Made by a program: the position numbers and the translations under genes. The notes beneath the pieces were generated by a model. The model ran no database searches. It saw nothing but the letters and a program-made list of their open reading frames with translations, and was not told the origin of the DNA. 63,870 bases of DNA, taken from the NCBI GenBank assembly GCA_033764315.1, contig JANRJA010000067.1:1-63870 (forward strand), read 5' to 3'. Below, piece after piece: positions 10,159 through 20,922 of this stretch. The number at the start of each line of letters is the position of its first letter. Position 1 is the first letter of the stretch. The DNA is from Oculatellaceae cyanobacterium bins.114 (GTDB taxonomy: Bacteria > Cyanobacteriota > Cyanobacteriia > Elainellales > Elainellaceae).

Positions 10159-11295
10159 ATGAACGCTCTGAGGTCTGGGTCGTCACAACCGCTGCGCCTT
10201 AGTTCAAAAACCAGACGGCGCTTTTTACAGGTTTCAGGGGCAGCCCTAGCTGGTATCGCCCTCTCTAGTTGTCGGCGTGGCATTACCGATGTCCAAGCTG
10301 GCGGCAATGGAGGAAGTCCCCCTTCAAGTACACTCTATGTTTATTCTTGGGCAGGGTATTCAGATGACGAGTTGTTAAGCAACTTTGCTGAAGCAACAGG
10401 GATCAATGTCATCGTTGACATTTTTGATTCCAACGAAACCATGTTGGCAAAACTGCAAGCAGGGGGCGGCAACAATTACAGCATTATCTACCCGTCAGAC
10501 TATATGGTGCAGCAGATGGTGGAATTGGACATGCTGGTTGAGCTAGACCCATCTCGCCTACAAGGGCTAGACGCACTGCTTGATAAATTTCAAAATCCGG
10601 TTTATGACCCAAACAATGCCCACAGCATTCCTGCAAGCTGGGGCACCACTGGCTTAGTCTATAACTCTGAGCAACTGAACCCGCCTCCTACCGATTGGAA
10701 TTATCTTTGGGATAACAAAGACAAGCTGTCTCGTCGAATGACGCTGTTTAATGATGTGCGCGAAGTGATGGGAGCAACGTTGCGATCGCTCGGCTACTCC
10801 TATAACTCCACTGATCCCAAAGAGATCGAGGCCGCCTACAACAAACTTCTAGAGTTAAAGCCAGCCATTACTAACTTCACAACCGATGGGTGGCGAGATC
10901 AGTTGTTGACTGGCGACTTAATCGTCGCGATGGGATATTCCGTTGATGCAATTACCACGATTGAAGAAGATCCCAAGCTGAAATATGTGATTCCTGCCAG
11001 TGGTTCTTCTATCTGGACAGATACAATGGCAATTCCTAAAACAGCACCAAACCCAGATGCAGCTTATAGCTGGATCAACTTTATGTTGGAGCCAAGCAAC
11101 GCCGCTCGGACGGTAGAACGCCTAAAATTTGCAACCGCCAGCAAAGCCGCAATCGACCTGCTGCCCGCAGCCCTCAAATCTGATAAAAACTTGTTCCCCG
11201 ATGAAGCAATTTTGAACAAGTGCGAAGGGATTGCCCCAATTGGCAACACAACTGATTTGTACGATCGCTATTGGACTCAACTCACCAGCATTTAA
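10159..11295 (+). CDS. potD: Spermidine/putrescine ABC transporter substrate-binding lipoprotein (PotD/PotF family), Tat signal
   Basis: TRRRFLQ Tat motif, LSSC lipobox; LYVYSWAGY, FDSNETMLAKL, PSDYMV, WGTTGLVYN, IWTDTMAIP. Confidence 0.9.
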   Translation: MNALRSGSSQPLRLSSKTRRRFLQVSGAALAGIALSSCRRGITDVQAGGNGGSPPSSTLYVYSWAGYSDDELLSNFAEATGINVIVDIFDSNETMLAKLQAGGGNNYSIIYPSDYMVQQMVELDMLVELDPSRLQGLDALLDKFQNPVYDPNNAHSIPASWGTTGLVYNSEQLNPPPTDWNYLWDNKDKLSRRMTLFNDVREVMGATLRSLGYSYNSTDPKEIEAAYNKLLELKPAITNFTTDGWRDQLLTGDLIVAMGYSVDAITTIEEDPKLKYVIPASGSSIWTDTMAIPKTAPNPDAAYSWINFMLEPSNAARTVERLKFATASKAAIDLLPAALKSDKNLFPDEAILNKCEGIAPIGNTTDLYDRYWTQLTSI

Positions 11296-11320
11296 GGCTC
11301 TGTTGAGACCGTGTGAGCAG

Positions 11321-11354
11321 GGCGATTCAAAGTTTGTGCTTGTGAGTCGCCTTT
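11321..11354 (+). terminator. Putative intrinsic terminator after potD
   Basis: GGCGATTCA...TGAGTCGCC stem followed by TTT, 25 nt after the stop. Confidence 0.5.
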
Positions 11355-11777
11355 GTTAAACTTGCTATTTTATAGCCGTTTGCCTTTGCTTGAGCCACAT
11401 CCAACCCCGACTCATTCACCTGTCTACGTCTGACTGGGGTTGATCCATTTGAAAGTCGCTGTCAGTAGTTGGTCAGTGCCCTGATTTTGCACTGACTTGA
11501 ATTTAAGATGGACAAGGTCTGTTGCTCTGGGCCATGCTGCACCCAATTTGTTCAAGAGGTGTTACTGAATACAGGTTTGTTTTAGGGTCGTTGATCACAA
11601 CCGCAGGGGCATTTCGCGAAAACCCTAACAAAATTGAGACATTCGATCAGCAACGCCTTCAAGAACCATAAATCTTCAGTCGAGTAATTTCCGAATTTGA
11701 GGGTTTGGGCTTGAAGTATTCACAAGCTGGAGTTCGTTGAGCCATCTACCGCTCTGTTTTGTCATCTACCTGATTTT

Positions 11778-11866
11778 CTATAGTCCCTAGAAAGTTGGTT
11801 AAGACGGGGTTCAGGGGCTTTGCCCTCACACTCTCTTGTATCAACTGTCAAGGCAGTTGCTATATC
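11778..11866. repeat. MITE-like repeat with CTATAG-type ends
   Basis: Reverse complement aligns by eye with 63610-63745 (TATAGCAA..AGTTGA.ACAA.. and CCCCGTCT.AAC.AAC.TT.TAG..C.ATAG). Confidence 0.5.
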
Positions 11867-12154
11867 TTTTGAGCCTGCATAAAACGGTCATCCGATCAGG
11901 AAGAGGGTATCAAAACCTCACTTGAATTTGTCCTTTTAAGCCCTTATGTAAAGTGAGTCTTTAAGGTTATCCAAAGACTGGATTAAGTTTTTGACTTGGA
12001 GTTCCTCTCAGTAGGGCAGATCGGTTTTAGTGGCTTAAGGCAATTGCTTGCACTCGTGTCCCGGCTTCGGGCTTTTGCTTGACTGCAACAAACAGATTTG
12101 GTTGTATTGCTACCTCAACACCAACTCGTACCCCCCTGCTTAGGAGTTAGTGTG

Positions 12155-14125
12155 ATGCCTCTACCCCCTTCTTCTCACGCGGCACATTGCATCAATCCCC
12201 ATTGCCCTCGTCCTTATCCTCAGTTATGGAGCGATTTGCAATGCCCTCACTGTGACACTCCTCTAAGACTGCACAATCGTTATATTCCAATACAATGGTT
12301 GAAACAGGGGCATAGCATTCATCTCTATCTGGTTTATGACCCAGAGACTAATACCGAGAAGATAATGCGATTGCTGGTGGCGATCGCCCCTAAAGCAAAA
12401 GAAATTTTTGAGCGGGAGGTCGCTGCCCTTAGTAACCTGCATCACCGAGGATTACCCAAGATTGAGGCTTCTGCCTATTTTCACATTACTATTCGTCATC
12501 CCTCTGCGATGTCCCTTCCTGGCGTGGTGATGGAAAAGGTAGAGGGATCGAGTTTACAAGATGTCATCACCCAATATCCACAAGGCTGCTCTGAAGCCTG
12601 GGTGATAAATTGGTTTCGGCAAACAGTGCTGATTTTACAAAAACTCCATAGCCGCCGCTTGCTGCATCGGGATTTGAAACCGTCAAGCTTGATATTGAGG
12701 CAGGGTAGCCCACAAATCGCGATCGCCGATTTTGGCTTTCCTAAATCCATGCTCTCTGATGAATCCACCCAACCTCTTTCGGGGGGCTATATTCCTCCAG
12801 AGCAAGTGCGAGGAGAATCGATTGGCCCCAGTGCCGACTTCTATGCGTTGGGTCGCATTTGCATTCACCTTTTAACAGGGCGGCATCCCTTGACTCTAGA
12901 AGATGAAACTGGAGCCTTGCAATGGAGACAACGAATCAGAGTACAACCAACCTTTGCCAATTTGCTCGATCGCTTAGTGCAAAAAGAAATGCGGTTACGC
13001 CTGCACACCGCAACGGACATTTTAGATGAGTTAAATCGTACTCCTACCAAGGCACCCTCTGCCCCTTTGCCGCTGCCGTCGCCTGTCAGTCCTCCCCCGT
13101 CAAAATCTCCTGGCATGCCTATCAGTTCACGCTCTAGTGGTCATCCTTCAGGAGGTGCTAGCAAAGGGTCTACAACCAGTGGAAGTGGCAAACTGGTTGC
13201 AATGGCTCGCACCGCGACTCGATCTAAACCGAAGTCTTACCATTCCAACTCGAGTGGTGGGGCATACATTCGAGGTGGCAACTCATCGAGTGGATCACGC
13301 ACCAAACCCCGATCAACTCCCAGCTCAAGCGGGCGTTATCGAGACGATCCACATCCCCAAAATTTGATGAGTGGTCGCCCAGAGCCAAAAACGTTTAGAA
13401 CCCGGATGACAAGCGCGATCGCCGTAGTTGAGCACGCCCAAGACTGGCTGGTGCAGGTGAGTGTTGTGCTGTTCCGAGCTATAGTGTATGCCTGCATTAG
13501 TGCCATGTTGGCTGCGGGAGTAGGGTTTTGGGTCGTGTATTGGTCGCCCCTATCTCCTTATTTCACCGCTTTTTTTGCCCACCAATTGGCATCTCCTGAC
13601 GTGCCACTCGTCGTTAGGCCCGCCATGATTGTGTTTGCCTTTGCAGGCGTAGGCACCACTTGGGGACTGACTCAAACTCAAAATCTAGAAACCCAGCGAC
13701 TGCTTTGGCGACGACGGGCTTTAGGTGGGCTGGTGTATGCGATCGCCTGGTTAGCGTGGCAGTGGGGAACGGTTGGCAGTGCGGGAGTGAGCGGCGTTAT
13801 GCGGTGTATAGTGGCGATCGCGTTGGGTATGGTGTTTGTTTTAGGATCACGGGGCAACGTGTTAATTCAAGCCCTTGTTGCCACCGTAGGAACATCCTTA
13901 ACGTTCACCAGTTTGATGCAGTCAACTGTTTGGCAACCGGGTGACTTGTTATATCTGTTTCAAACCGCCAGAAATTTCATTCCAACTGAGGCGATTTGTG
14001 TGTCAGCGATCGCCTTCTTTGGGTTATTAGGAGTAGTGTTCAGTTTTTGGCTAGGTTTTAGCTACTACGTCGGCACACCGTGCTTAGAACAACTTGGCCG
14101 ATTTGCCAGACGTCTTTTTGGGTGA
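12155..14125 (+). CDS. Ser/Thr kinase-like membrane protein with N-terminal 4-Cys domain (probable pseudokinase)
   Basis: CINPHC..CPHC zinc-ribbon prefix; HRDLKPSS, DFG, GYIPPEQ, ADFYALG; Ser/Gly/Pro linker; several C-terminal TM helices; AGGAG before ATG 12155. Confidence 0.88.
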   Translation: MPLPPSSHAAHCINPHCPRPYPQLWSDLQCPHCDTPLRLHNRYIPIQWLKQGHSIHLYLVYDPETNTEKIMRLLVAIAPKAKEIFEREVAALSNLHHRGLPKIEASAYFHITIRHPSAMSLPGVVMEKVEGSSLQDVITQYPQGCSEAWVINWFRQTVLILQKLHSRRLLHRDLKPSSLILRQGSPQIAIADFGFPKSMLSDESTQPLSGGYIPPEQVRGESIGPSADFYALGRICIHLLTGRHPLTLEDETGALQWRQRIRVQPTFANLLDRLVQKEMRLRLHTATDILDELNRTPTKAPSAPLPLPSPVSPPPSKSPGMPISSRSSGHPSGGASKGSTTSGSGKLVAMARTATRSKPKSYHSNSSGGAYIRGGNSSSGSRTKPRSTPSSSGRYRDDPHPQNLMSGRPEPKTFRTRMTSAIAVVEHAQDWLVQVSVVLFRAIVYACISAMLAAGVGFWVVYWSPLSPYFTAFFAHQLASPDVPLVVRPAMIVFAFAGVGTTWGLTQTQNLETQRLLWRRRALGGLVYAIAWLAWQWGTVGSAGVSGVMRCIVAIALGMVFVLGSRGNVLIQALVATVGTSLTFTSLMQSTVWQPGDLLYLFQTARNFIPTEAICVSAIAFFGLLGVVFSFWLGFSYYVGTPCLEQLGRFARRLFG

Positions 14126-14134
14126 TGCACACAG

Positions 14135-14299
14135 GACTCAGTAACTATGACTCAGTACTGCTTTTCACAGATAGGGTTCGGAAATAAAACCAAGGGGGTG
14201 TGGGGGCTGCGCCCCCAGCCAGGGGTTTCACCCCTGCACCCCAAATTCCCACCCCTATTTACGACGAGTTGGACTCAGTAACCATGACTCAGTAACCAT
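14135..14299. repeat. GC-rich hairpin MITE embedded in a 14-bp tandem repeat
   Basis: GACTCAGTAACYAT copies at 14135, 14149 (partial), 14272 and 14286 flank GGGGGCTGCGCCCCC and CAGGGGTTTCACCCCTG hairpins. Confidence 0.7.
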
Positions 14300-14320
14300 T
14301 GAGCATCACCCATGACTGCT

Positions 14321-14842
14321 CTAACGTCGCCCAAGCTGAGATTGATGTTGAGGGCAATAAGTGTTAACTGCGGCTACATTGACAGCCGCATCAAACGCAA
14401 TAGGCACTTCACCTTCAGATTGAACGGCTCTCAGCTCTTGCATGCTAGTGCCACTATTTAAGACAGGGCAGATGGTTGCGCCATAGGCCACAACCTCATC
14501 CCGTCCAACAGCTTCCGCATATCTTACAGCTTCAGGGCTGGCTGCCACTAGAAAGGCTTGCCAAAATTCATCCCCTTCAGGACTCACAGCCGTAATTGAT
14601 GTTCCCACTGTGGTGCAGTAATCGACCAAACGCACAAACTCACCGTTGGGTAAAATGACCGATCGCCCTGACAATCCATAAATCTGTCCACAAATGCCAG
14701 GAGTGACGACTGTGGGATCAACCACAACAGGGATCGATTGGGGCGGCTGTTGAGCCTGTTGAGCCTGTGCAGCTTGGAAAAACCCTGCAGCTAAAAGCAG
14801 CATAGGACTCAAGATTGCAATTGAACGAACAGTTTTTAGCAT
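14321..14842 (-). CDS. Secreted protein with C-terminal DUF732-like domain
   Basis: Signal peptide ending AQA; YGATICPVLNSG..AAVNTYCPQH pattern typical of DUF732. Confidence 0.7.
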   Translation of the reverse strand: MLKTVRSIAILSPMLLLAAGFFQAAQAQQAQQPPQSIPVVVDPTVVTPGICGQIYGLSGRSVILPNGEFVRLVDYCTTVGTSITAVSPEGDEFWQAFLVAASPEAVRYAEAVGRDEVVAYGATICPVLNSGTSMQELRAVQSEGEVPIAFDAAVNVAAVNTYCPQHQSQLGRR

Positions 14843-14893
14843 GACGACACCAGAATCTCTCAGCACCAGGATAGCCGAAGAATTTTAGAAAAC

Positions 14894-15733
14894 CTACTCA
14901 TGAGTAGTGCCATCTGGCATGATGGCTCCAGTCAAATTGCTGTTGTATAAGTTGGCTTGGTTCAAATTGGCGTTAATGAGTACCGCTTCTGTCAGGTCAG
15001 CCTCACTCAAATTTGCCCAGCTCAATTTTGTGCGATAGAGATTGGCTTTACGCAGGTTGGCCCCTCGCAACGACGTCCAACTCAAGTTTGCACCTCTGAC
15101 ATTAGCTCGATTGAGATTGGCGTTAATTAAATTGCCACTGACAATTTTGGCTCGGCTCAAATCGGCATCCCGCAGATCGGCTTCCTCAAAACTGACACCA
15201 TGCATAATGGCATTCACGAGGGATGCCCCTTCTAGAATGGCCTCACTTAAGATGGCATTTGTCATATTGGAACCATCTAAAATTGCCCGAGTTAAATCGG
15301 CTGCAATCAATTTTGCTCGGTTAAGACTGGCTTCATTAAAGTTTGCTTCTACCAAACGCGCCCGATTAAGACTGGCCTCTGCCAGGTTTGCCTCAATCAA
15401 AGTAGCCCCTCTCAAATCAGCCGCAATGAGCTTTGTGCCTCGCAAACCAGCTTCAGTTAAGTCAGCTTCACATAACAGAGCTTGACTCAGGTCCGCTCCA
15501 ATGAAGTTGGTTTCAATCAGCGTTGCTTGATTTAAATCCGTCCCAATCAGCCTTGCCTCTCGAAAATTAGCTGCTGTTAAATCTACTCCAGCTAGATTCG
15601 CTTTGCTTAGATTTGCACCCCTCAAATTGACTTCACGCAGAATCTTGCCACTCAGATCGATGCCGACCAAGTTGGCTTCTCGGAAGTCTCTCACCCCCGC
15701 TGCATATTGTCTTAGCAGCTCGTCAGCATCCAT
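14894..15733 (-). CDS. Pentapeptide repeat protein
   Basis: MDADELLRQYAAGVRDF start and continuous A(D/N)Lxx repeats, ends IMPDGT. Confidence 0.95.
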   Translation of the reverse strand: MDADELLRQYAAGVRDFREANLVGIDLSGKILREVNLRGANLSKANLAGVDLTAANFREARLIGTDLNQATLIETNFIGADLSQALLCEADLTEAGLRGTKLIAADLRGATLIEANLAEASLNRARLVEANFNEASLNRAKLIAADLTRAILDGSNMTNAILSEAILEGASLVNAIMHGVSFEEADLRDADLSRAKIVSGNLINANLNRANVRGANLSWTSLRGANLRKANLYRTKLSWANLSEADLTEAVLINANLNQANLYNSNLTGAIMPDGTTHE

Positions 15734-16188
15734 GATTGATGTTCTCTCAGTTAAATTTAATAATCCGTTCTGCACTTAAAGTTCCCCAGGTATATATATG
15801 AGCAAATCAGCTTCTAATCTGGGATTTACAAGAGTAGATTGTATAGGTCAGGAGATTTTGCTGGGTAATATTACAACTCCTATCAGGGATGCTTGAGGAA
15901 CAGTGAAATGGTCATGGATTCTGAGAGAATCATGATCAACAGTGAAGTTATTTATTGTAGAGGTAGTTGAACTCGTTAAGAGTGGAGAATCAGATCCAGT
16001 CATTAAAATTAGCTCTGGCGATCGCCCCAACTATCTCGACACAGGAAGGATATATTGGCGATTTTGGGTAAACCCAAGACTATACATTGAATTTTGGATT
16101 CAAGTTGTGAGGGGTCATACCCAGCAAATGATACCTAATACCTGATGGCTAACAACTGTAACAGATTAGAACACACAAGGAAGAGAGG

Positions 16189-17874
16189 ATGCCTGAGAAT
16201 CTTAGAAGCCAAGCCGTAACCCAGGGTGTACAACGAACTCCCAATCGGGCAATGTTACGGGCAGTTGGGTTTAAAGACGAAGACTTTACAAAGCCCATTG
16301 TTGGCATTGCCAGCGGTTATAGCACGATTACTCCCTGCAATATGGGGATCAATCACTTGGCAGCGGCGGCTGAGGCTGGAGTACGGGCAGCGGGTGGCAT
16401 GCCCCAACTTTTTGGCACCATTACTGTCAGTGATGGCATTTCAATGGGCACCGAAGGCATGAAGTATTCGCTGGTATCGCGTGAGGTGATTGCCGACTCG
16501 ATTGAAACAGCTTGCACGGCCCAAAGTATGGATGGTGTGCTGGCGATCGGGGGGTGCGATAAGAATATGCCTGGAGCCATGATTGCGATCGCCCGGATGA
16601 ACATTCCTGCCATTTTTGTTTATGGTGGAACGATCAAACCGGGGCACTATAACGGTCGCGATCTAACGGTTGTCAGTGCCTTTGAAGCCGTGGGTCAATA
16701 TAGTGCGGGCAAAATCGACGATGCCGAGTTAGCCGAAGTTGAGCGACGCTCTTGCCCAGGGGCAGGGTCTTGTGGCGGAATGTACACAGCCAACACCATG
16801 TCTTCAGCCTTTGAAGCGATGGGCATGAGCCTGATTTATTCCTCAACTATGGCAGCGGAGGATGCTGAAAAAGCCGAAAGCACCGAGGAATCAGCCTCTG
16901 TGCTGCTCGAAGCGATTCACAAGCAGCTTTTGCCCCGGCAGATTATCACCCGCAAATCCATTGAAAACGCGATCGCTGTGATTATGGCAGTGGGCGGTTC
17001 AACGAATGCCGTGTTGCACTTTTTGGCGATCGCCCACTCAGTTGGGGTTGATCTCACCCTAGATGACTTTGAAACCATTCGCGCTCGTGTGCCGGTGCTA
17101 TGCGATCTCAAGCCCTCTGGACGCTATGTTGCGACTGACTTACATCAAGCGGGTGGCATTCCTCAAGTGATGAAGATGTTACTGGTCAACGGCTTGTTGC
17201 ATGGAGATTGCATCACGATTACTGGGCAAACCATCACCGAAGTGTTAGCAGACATTCCCGCAGAGCCTCGTGCCGATCAAGACGTGATTCGTCCGTTTAA
17301 CAAACCTATCTATCCCCAGGGACATTTAGGAATTTTGCGAGGCAACCTGGCTACCGAGGGATCAGTCGCTAAACTGACCGGGATCAAAAACCGCAGCATT
17401 ACTGGCCCTGCCCGAGTATTTGAGTCTGAAGAAGACTGTTTAAGCGCAATTTTGGCAAAGAAAATTAATCCAGGGGATGTCCTCGTCATTCGTTATGAAG
17501 GCCCCAAAGGCGGCCCCGGAATGCGAGAGATGTTAGCCCCAACCTCTGCCATTATCGGTGCAGGGCTAGGAGACTCAGTCGGGTTGATCACCGATGGGCG
17601 GTTTTCGGGCGGCACCTATGGCATGGTCGTCGGTCATGTTGCCCCAGAGGCATTTGTGGGTGGGGCGATCGCTCTAGTCCAGGAAGGCGACAGCATTACC
17701 ATCGATGCCGATGCTCGGCTGCTCCAGGTCAATATTTCCGATCAAGAGTTGGCACAACGTCGCGCCCAATGGCAACCTCCCCAACCCCGCTACACCAAAG
17801 GCATCTTAGCCAAATATGCCAAGCTGGTGTCTTCTAGCAGTGTAGGAGCCGTGACAGACTTAAATCTGTTCTAA
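16189..17874 (+). CDS. ilvD: Dihydroxy-acid dehydratase
   Basis: [43 protein letters not shown]. Confidence 0.98.
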   Translation: MPENLRSQAVTQGVQRTPNRAMLRAVGFKDEDFTKPIVGIASGYSTITPCNMGINHLAAAAEAGVRAAGGMPQLFGTITVSDGISMGTEGMKYSLVSREVIADSIETACTAQSMDGVLAIGGCDKNMPGAMIAIARMNIPAIFVYGGTIKPGHYNGRDLTVVSAFEAVGQYSAGKIDDAELAEVERRSCPGAGSCGGMYTANTMSSAFEAMGMSLIYSSTMAAEDAEKAESTEESASVLLEAIHKQLLPRQIITRKSIENAIAVIMAVGGSTNAVLHFLAIAHSVGVDLTLDDFETIRARVPVLCDLKPSGRYVATDLHQAGGIPQVMKMLLVNGLLHGDCITITGQTITEVLADIPAEPRADQDVIRPFNKPIYPQGHLGILRGNLATEGSVAKLTGIKNRSITGPARVFESEEDCLSAILAKKINPGDVLVIRYEGPKGGPGMREMLAPTSAIIGAGLGDSVGLITDGRFSGGTYGMVVGHVAPEAFVGGAIALVQEGDSITIDADARLLQVNISDQELAQRRAQWQPPQPRYTKGILAKYAKLVSSSSVGAVTDLNLF

Positions 17875-17915
17875 TTCCTCCCTCAACACTCACCCCTTCT
17901 TCGCTCCCTCTCCCA

Positions 17916-18446
17916 CTACCATCTGCGATAGCCATCTGGAAAGATCGTCGTATCATCCCAGGTGGCATCTTCCAAATTTGCAGATTGAGACCGAAACAAG
18001 TTGCATTGGCTGAGATTAGCCCCTAAAAATGTCGCCTTCTCTAGATTGGCCCCTATCAGGTTGGCCCCTACCAGGTTTGCAGCATTGAGGTTAGAGTACC
18101 GTAAATCAGCCCCTTGCAAATCAGCCCCTGACAGATCAGCTCCTTGCAAGTTGCACCCACACAGGTCAGCTCGTGATAAATTAGCGTTTGCCAGATCCGC
18201 TTCTACCAAATTGGCTGATATTAATCGAATATTCCCTAACTGCGCTCCTTGCAGTTTTACCTGTTGTAGATTTGCTCGGCTGAAATTAGCGTATGGCAAG
18301 TAAGCTTGTCGTAAGTCACTACCTTGCAAATTAATATCTTGTAGGTTGCATTCAAATAAATTGGCTTCACTTAAATTAACCTCACAAAAGTCACGTTGAC
18401 CTCTGGCATACTCAGCCAGTAATTCCTGAACGCTAATCCTATGCAT
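17916..18446 (-). CDS. Pentapeptide repeat protein
   Basis: ELLAEYARGQRDF start, ANL/ADL repeats, ends TIFPDG. Confidence 0.95.
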   Translation of the reverse strand: MHRISVQELLAEYARGQRDFCEVNLSEANLFECNLQDINLQGSDLRQAYLPYANFSRANLQQVKLQGAQLGNIRLISANLVEADLANANLSRADLCGCNLQGADLSGADLQGADLRYSNLNAANLVGANLIGANLEKATFLGANLSQCNLFRSQSANLEDATWDDTTIFPDGYRRW

Positions 18447-18806
18447 ATCAAAGAGTATTCAAACAAAACTTATTAGCCACGCGGTAAAAGACAAGAATTC
18501 AATGTTAAGTATTTATACTTATCTATTTACAGGAGTTTACAAAAGGCTCATCCCAAAACACCGAATCCTTTATGTTCTTTTTAGGTTCCCGCTCCAAGTT
18601 AGCGAGGGGTAGCGCGATCGCCCTAGAGGATTAACCAGTCGTTTTAGCAGTCCCCCTCTACCACAAATACTGCCCCTACAAATACTGTCCCTACAATCGG
18701 ACTACTGACGTAACTCATCTCACTTCAAACGTTTAAAACCCTGTTGATTCTGGTCAAGTTTGCAAGACGTCTAGTGTGATCAAGCAATGGAGGAGTCAAT
18801 CTTGCC

Positions 18807-19121
18807 ATGACAACCACTAAAGTAGACTATTCCCAAGACAAGTCTCACGATAAGGTCCGTGTCCACGCATTCATTTCCGGCAAAGTACAAGGAGTTGGCT
18901 ACCGAGCGTCAACCTGGGATACTGCAACCCTACTCAAGTTAAATGGCTGGGTGCGCAACTTAAGAGATGGGCGCGTAGAAGCGGTTTTTGAGGGATCTGC
19001 CGATGTTGTTGAAGAGATGATTCGGTGGTGTCATCAAGGCCCCCCTACCGCAACGGTTGCAGATGTCTCTGTTGAGTTCGAGCCACCAGAGGGCCTACGA
19101 GGATTTCAAGTAACGCGCTAG
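18807..19121 (+). CDS. acyP: Acylphosphatase
   Basis: [10 protein letters not shown] and [17 protein letters not shown] signatures. Confidence 0.95.
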   Translation: MTTTKVDYSQDKSHDKVRVHAFISGKVQGVGYRASTWDTATLLKLNGWVRNLRDGRVEAVFEGSADVVEEMIRWCHQGPPTATVADVSVEFEPPEGLRGFQVTR

Positions 19122-19466
19122 ATCCAAGCTCCCAAATTTGATAGAGAGTTTAGGGAATCTTTAGAGAGCACCCCACGTCTATAAAGTTTGGTCAAAATCT
19201 CTTTAAGATCCGGTTGAGGTGGGTTAGGTTCCGTTATCTTTACCAGCAAGATTCCAGCTTTCTCATAGGCTCTCGTCCTATAGCAAGCCCAGATTCTCCT
19301 GCTATGCTAAATGGAACTTAGGCGAAACTTACCTCCGATCGTTTTCGTCCGAAAGCCGAGTATGTTTTTGCGCTGTATCCCAGCACAAGGGTTTGAGTGG
19401 GTTAAGTGGGTATTTCCTTAGTGAGTAGATCCCCTCTTTTTAAATTAGGTTGATCCCTGTCAATAT

Positions 19467-20753
19467 ATGCGTATTCTGATTTATTCCTACAACTATCACC
19501 CAGAACCGATTGGCATTGCTCCTCTCATGACCGAGTTAGCAGAGGGATTGGCCGCACGAGGTCATGAAGTTCGCGTTATCACGGGGATGCCAAATTATCC
19601 TCAGCGACAAATTTATGAAGAATATCGTGGCAAATGGTATGTCACTGAAGAACGCAACGGTGTGATTGTTCAACGCAGCTATGTCTGGATTCGCCCCAAA
19701 CCCGGATTGATCGCCCGCATGTTGTTAGACTCTAGCTTTGTCGTTAGCAGTTTGGTGCAAGCTCTGCGGGGGTGGCGACCTGATGTCATTCTTCTCACCA
19801 TTCCTCCCTTACCAGTGTGTGTTCCTGCGGCGTTGCTGGGATGGTTTTACTCCTGCCCCATCGTTCTCAATCTACAAGACATCATTCCTGAAGCGGCGGT
19901 TCACGTTGGTTTAATCACCAACAAAAAAGCGATCAAAGTGTTTGAGGCACTCGAAAAATTTGCCTATCGCACCGCTCACAAAATTAGCGTTATCGCGGAT
20001 GGATTTACCGAAAACTTAGTGGGTAAAGGCATTGCAGCCGACAAAATAACCTGCATTCCCAACTGGGTAGATGTCAACTTTATTCGTCCTTTGTCTAAGA
20101 CGGACAATGATTTTAGAAGGGCTAACCAGCTCGAAGGTAAGTTTATTGCGCTTTATTCTGGCAACATTGCGTTAACTCAAGGGTTAGAAACTGTCATTGA
20201 GGCAGCCACCCATCTCCGTCACATTCCTGAGATTGTCTTTGTCATCGTTGGTGAAGAAAAAGCCATCCAACAGTTAAAGGATTATTGCCAGACCTGTAAT
20301 GCCCAGAATGTCGTGTTATTGCCGTTTCAACCCCGCGAAAAGTTGCCTGAGATGTTAGCGGCGGCGGATGTAGGGTTGATTGTCCAGAAGAAAAATGTGA
20401 TCGGGTTTAATATGCCCTCAAAAACTCAGGTCATTTTGGCGAGTGGACGGGCGATCGTGGCATCGGTGCCCCTGAGTGGAACGGCAGCAAGAGCAGTGAC
20501 CCAGAGCGGTGGGGGTGTCGTGGTGTCGCCTGAAGAGCCCAAATTATTGGCTGAGGCAGTGCTCGATCTCTATCAAAACCCTGAGAAGGCAGACATGTTG
20601 GGGCAGCAGGGTAGACAGTATGCGATGGAGTACTATGCTTTTGAACAGGCGTTGAATCGGTATGAGGCGTTGTTCTCTTCGATTACAGGCAAGCCCAAAG
20701 GGAATGTTGCGCCTAAATCGCTTGATTCTGAGCCATCAATGGTGGATGTTTAA
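19467..20753 (+). CDS. Glycosyltransferase family 4 (WcaI-like)
   Basis: YSYNYHPEPIGIA, MPNYPQ, IPNWVD, YSGNIALTQGLE, MPSK. Confidence 0.92.
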   Translation: MRILIYSYNYHPEPIGIAPLMTELAEGLAARGHEVRVITGMPNYPQRQIYEEYRGKWYVTEERNGVIVQRSYVWIRPKPGLIARMLLDSSFVVSSLVQALRGWRPDVILLTIPPLPVCVPAALLGWFYSCPIVLNLQDIIPEAAVHVGLITNKKAIKVFEALEKFAYRTAHKISVIADGFTENLVGKGIAADKITCIPNWVDVNFIRPLSKTDNDFRRANQLEGKFIALYSGNIALTQGLETVIEAATHLRHIPEIVFVIVGEEKAIQQLKDYCQTCNAQNVVLLPFQPREKLPEMLAAADVGLIVQKKNVIGFNMPSKTQVILASGRAIVASVPLSGTAARAVTQSGGGVVVSPEEPKLLAEAVLDLYQNPEKADMLGQQGRQYAMEYYAFEQALNRYEALFSSITGKPKGNVAPKSLDSEPSMVDV

Positions 20754-20786
20754 GAGGTTTTCTCTACCCCATGTGCGACTTTTCCG

Positions 20787-20852
20787 AGATCCCCGGTTTC
20801 TGATAATGAGAATTAGACCCGTTCAAGGATGCTGATGAGAAACCGGGGATCT
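20787..20852. repeat. MITE-like element, family A (15-bp terminal inverted repeats)
   Basis: AGATCCCCGGTTTCT ... AGAAACCGGGGATCT; homologous copies at 32308-32372 and 47783-47849. Confidence 0.8.
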
Positions 20853-20922
20853 AGACCTCTAAATTGCCCATCGCGTTTTCTCTGTTAGACGGATATATAG
20901 CAGTCCTAAATCATGTGTGAGA

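Noticed and set aside
15042..15485. Antisense ORFs over pentapeptide genes (also 18001-18303)
   Set aside because: Typical stop-poor reverse frames of pentapeptide repeats
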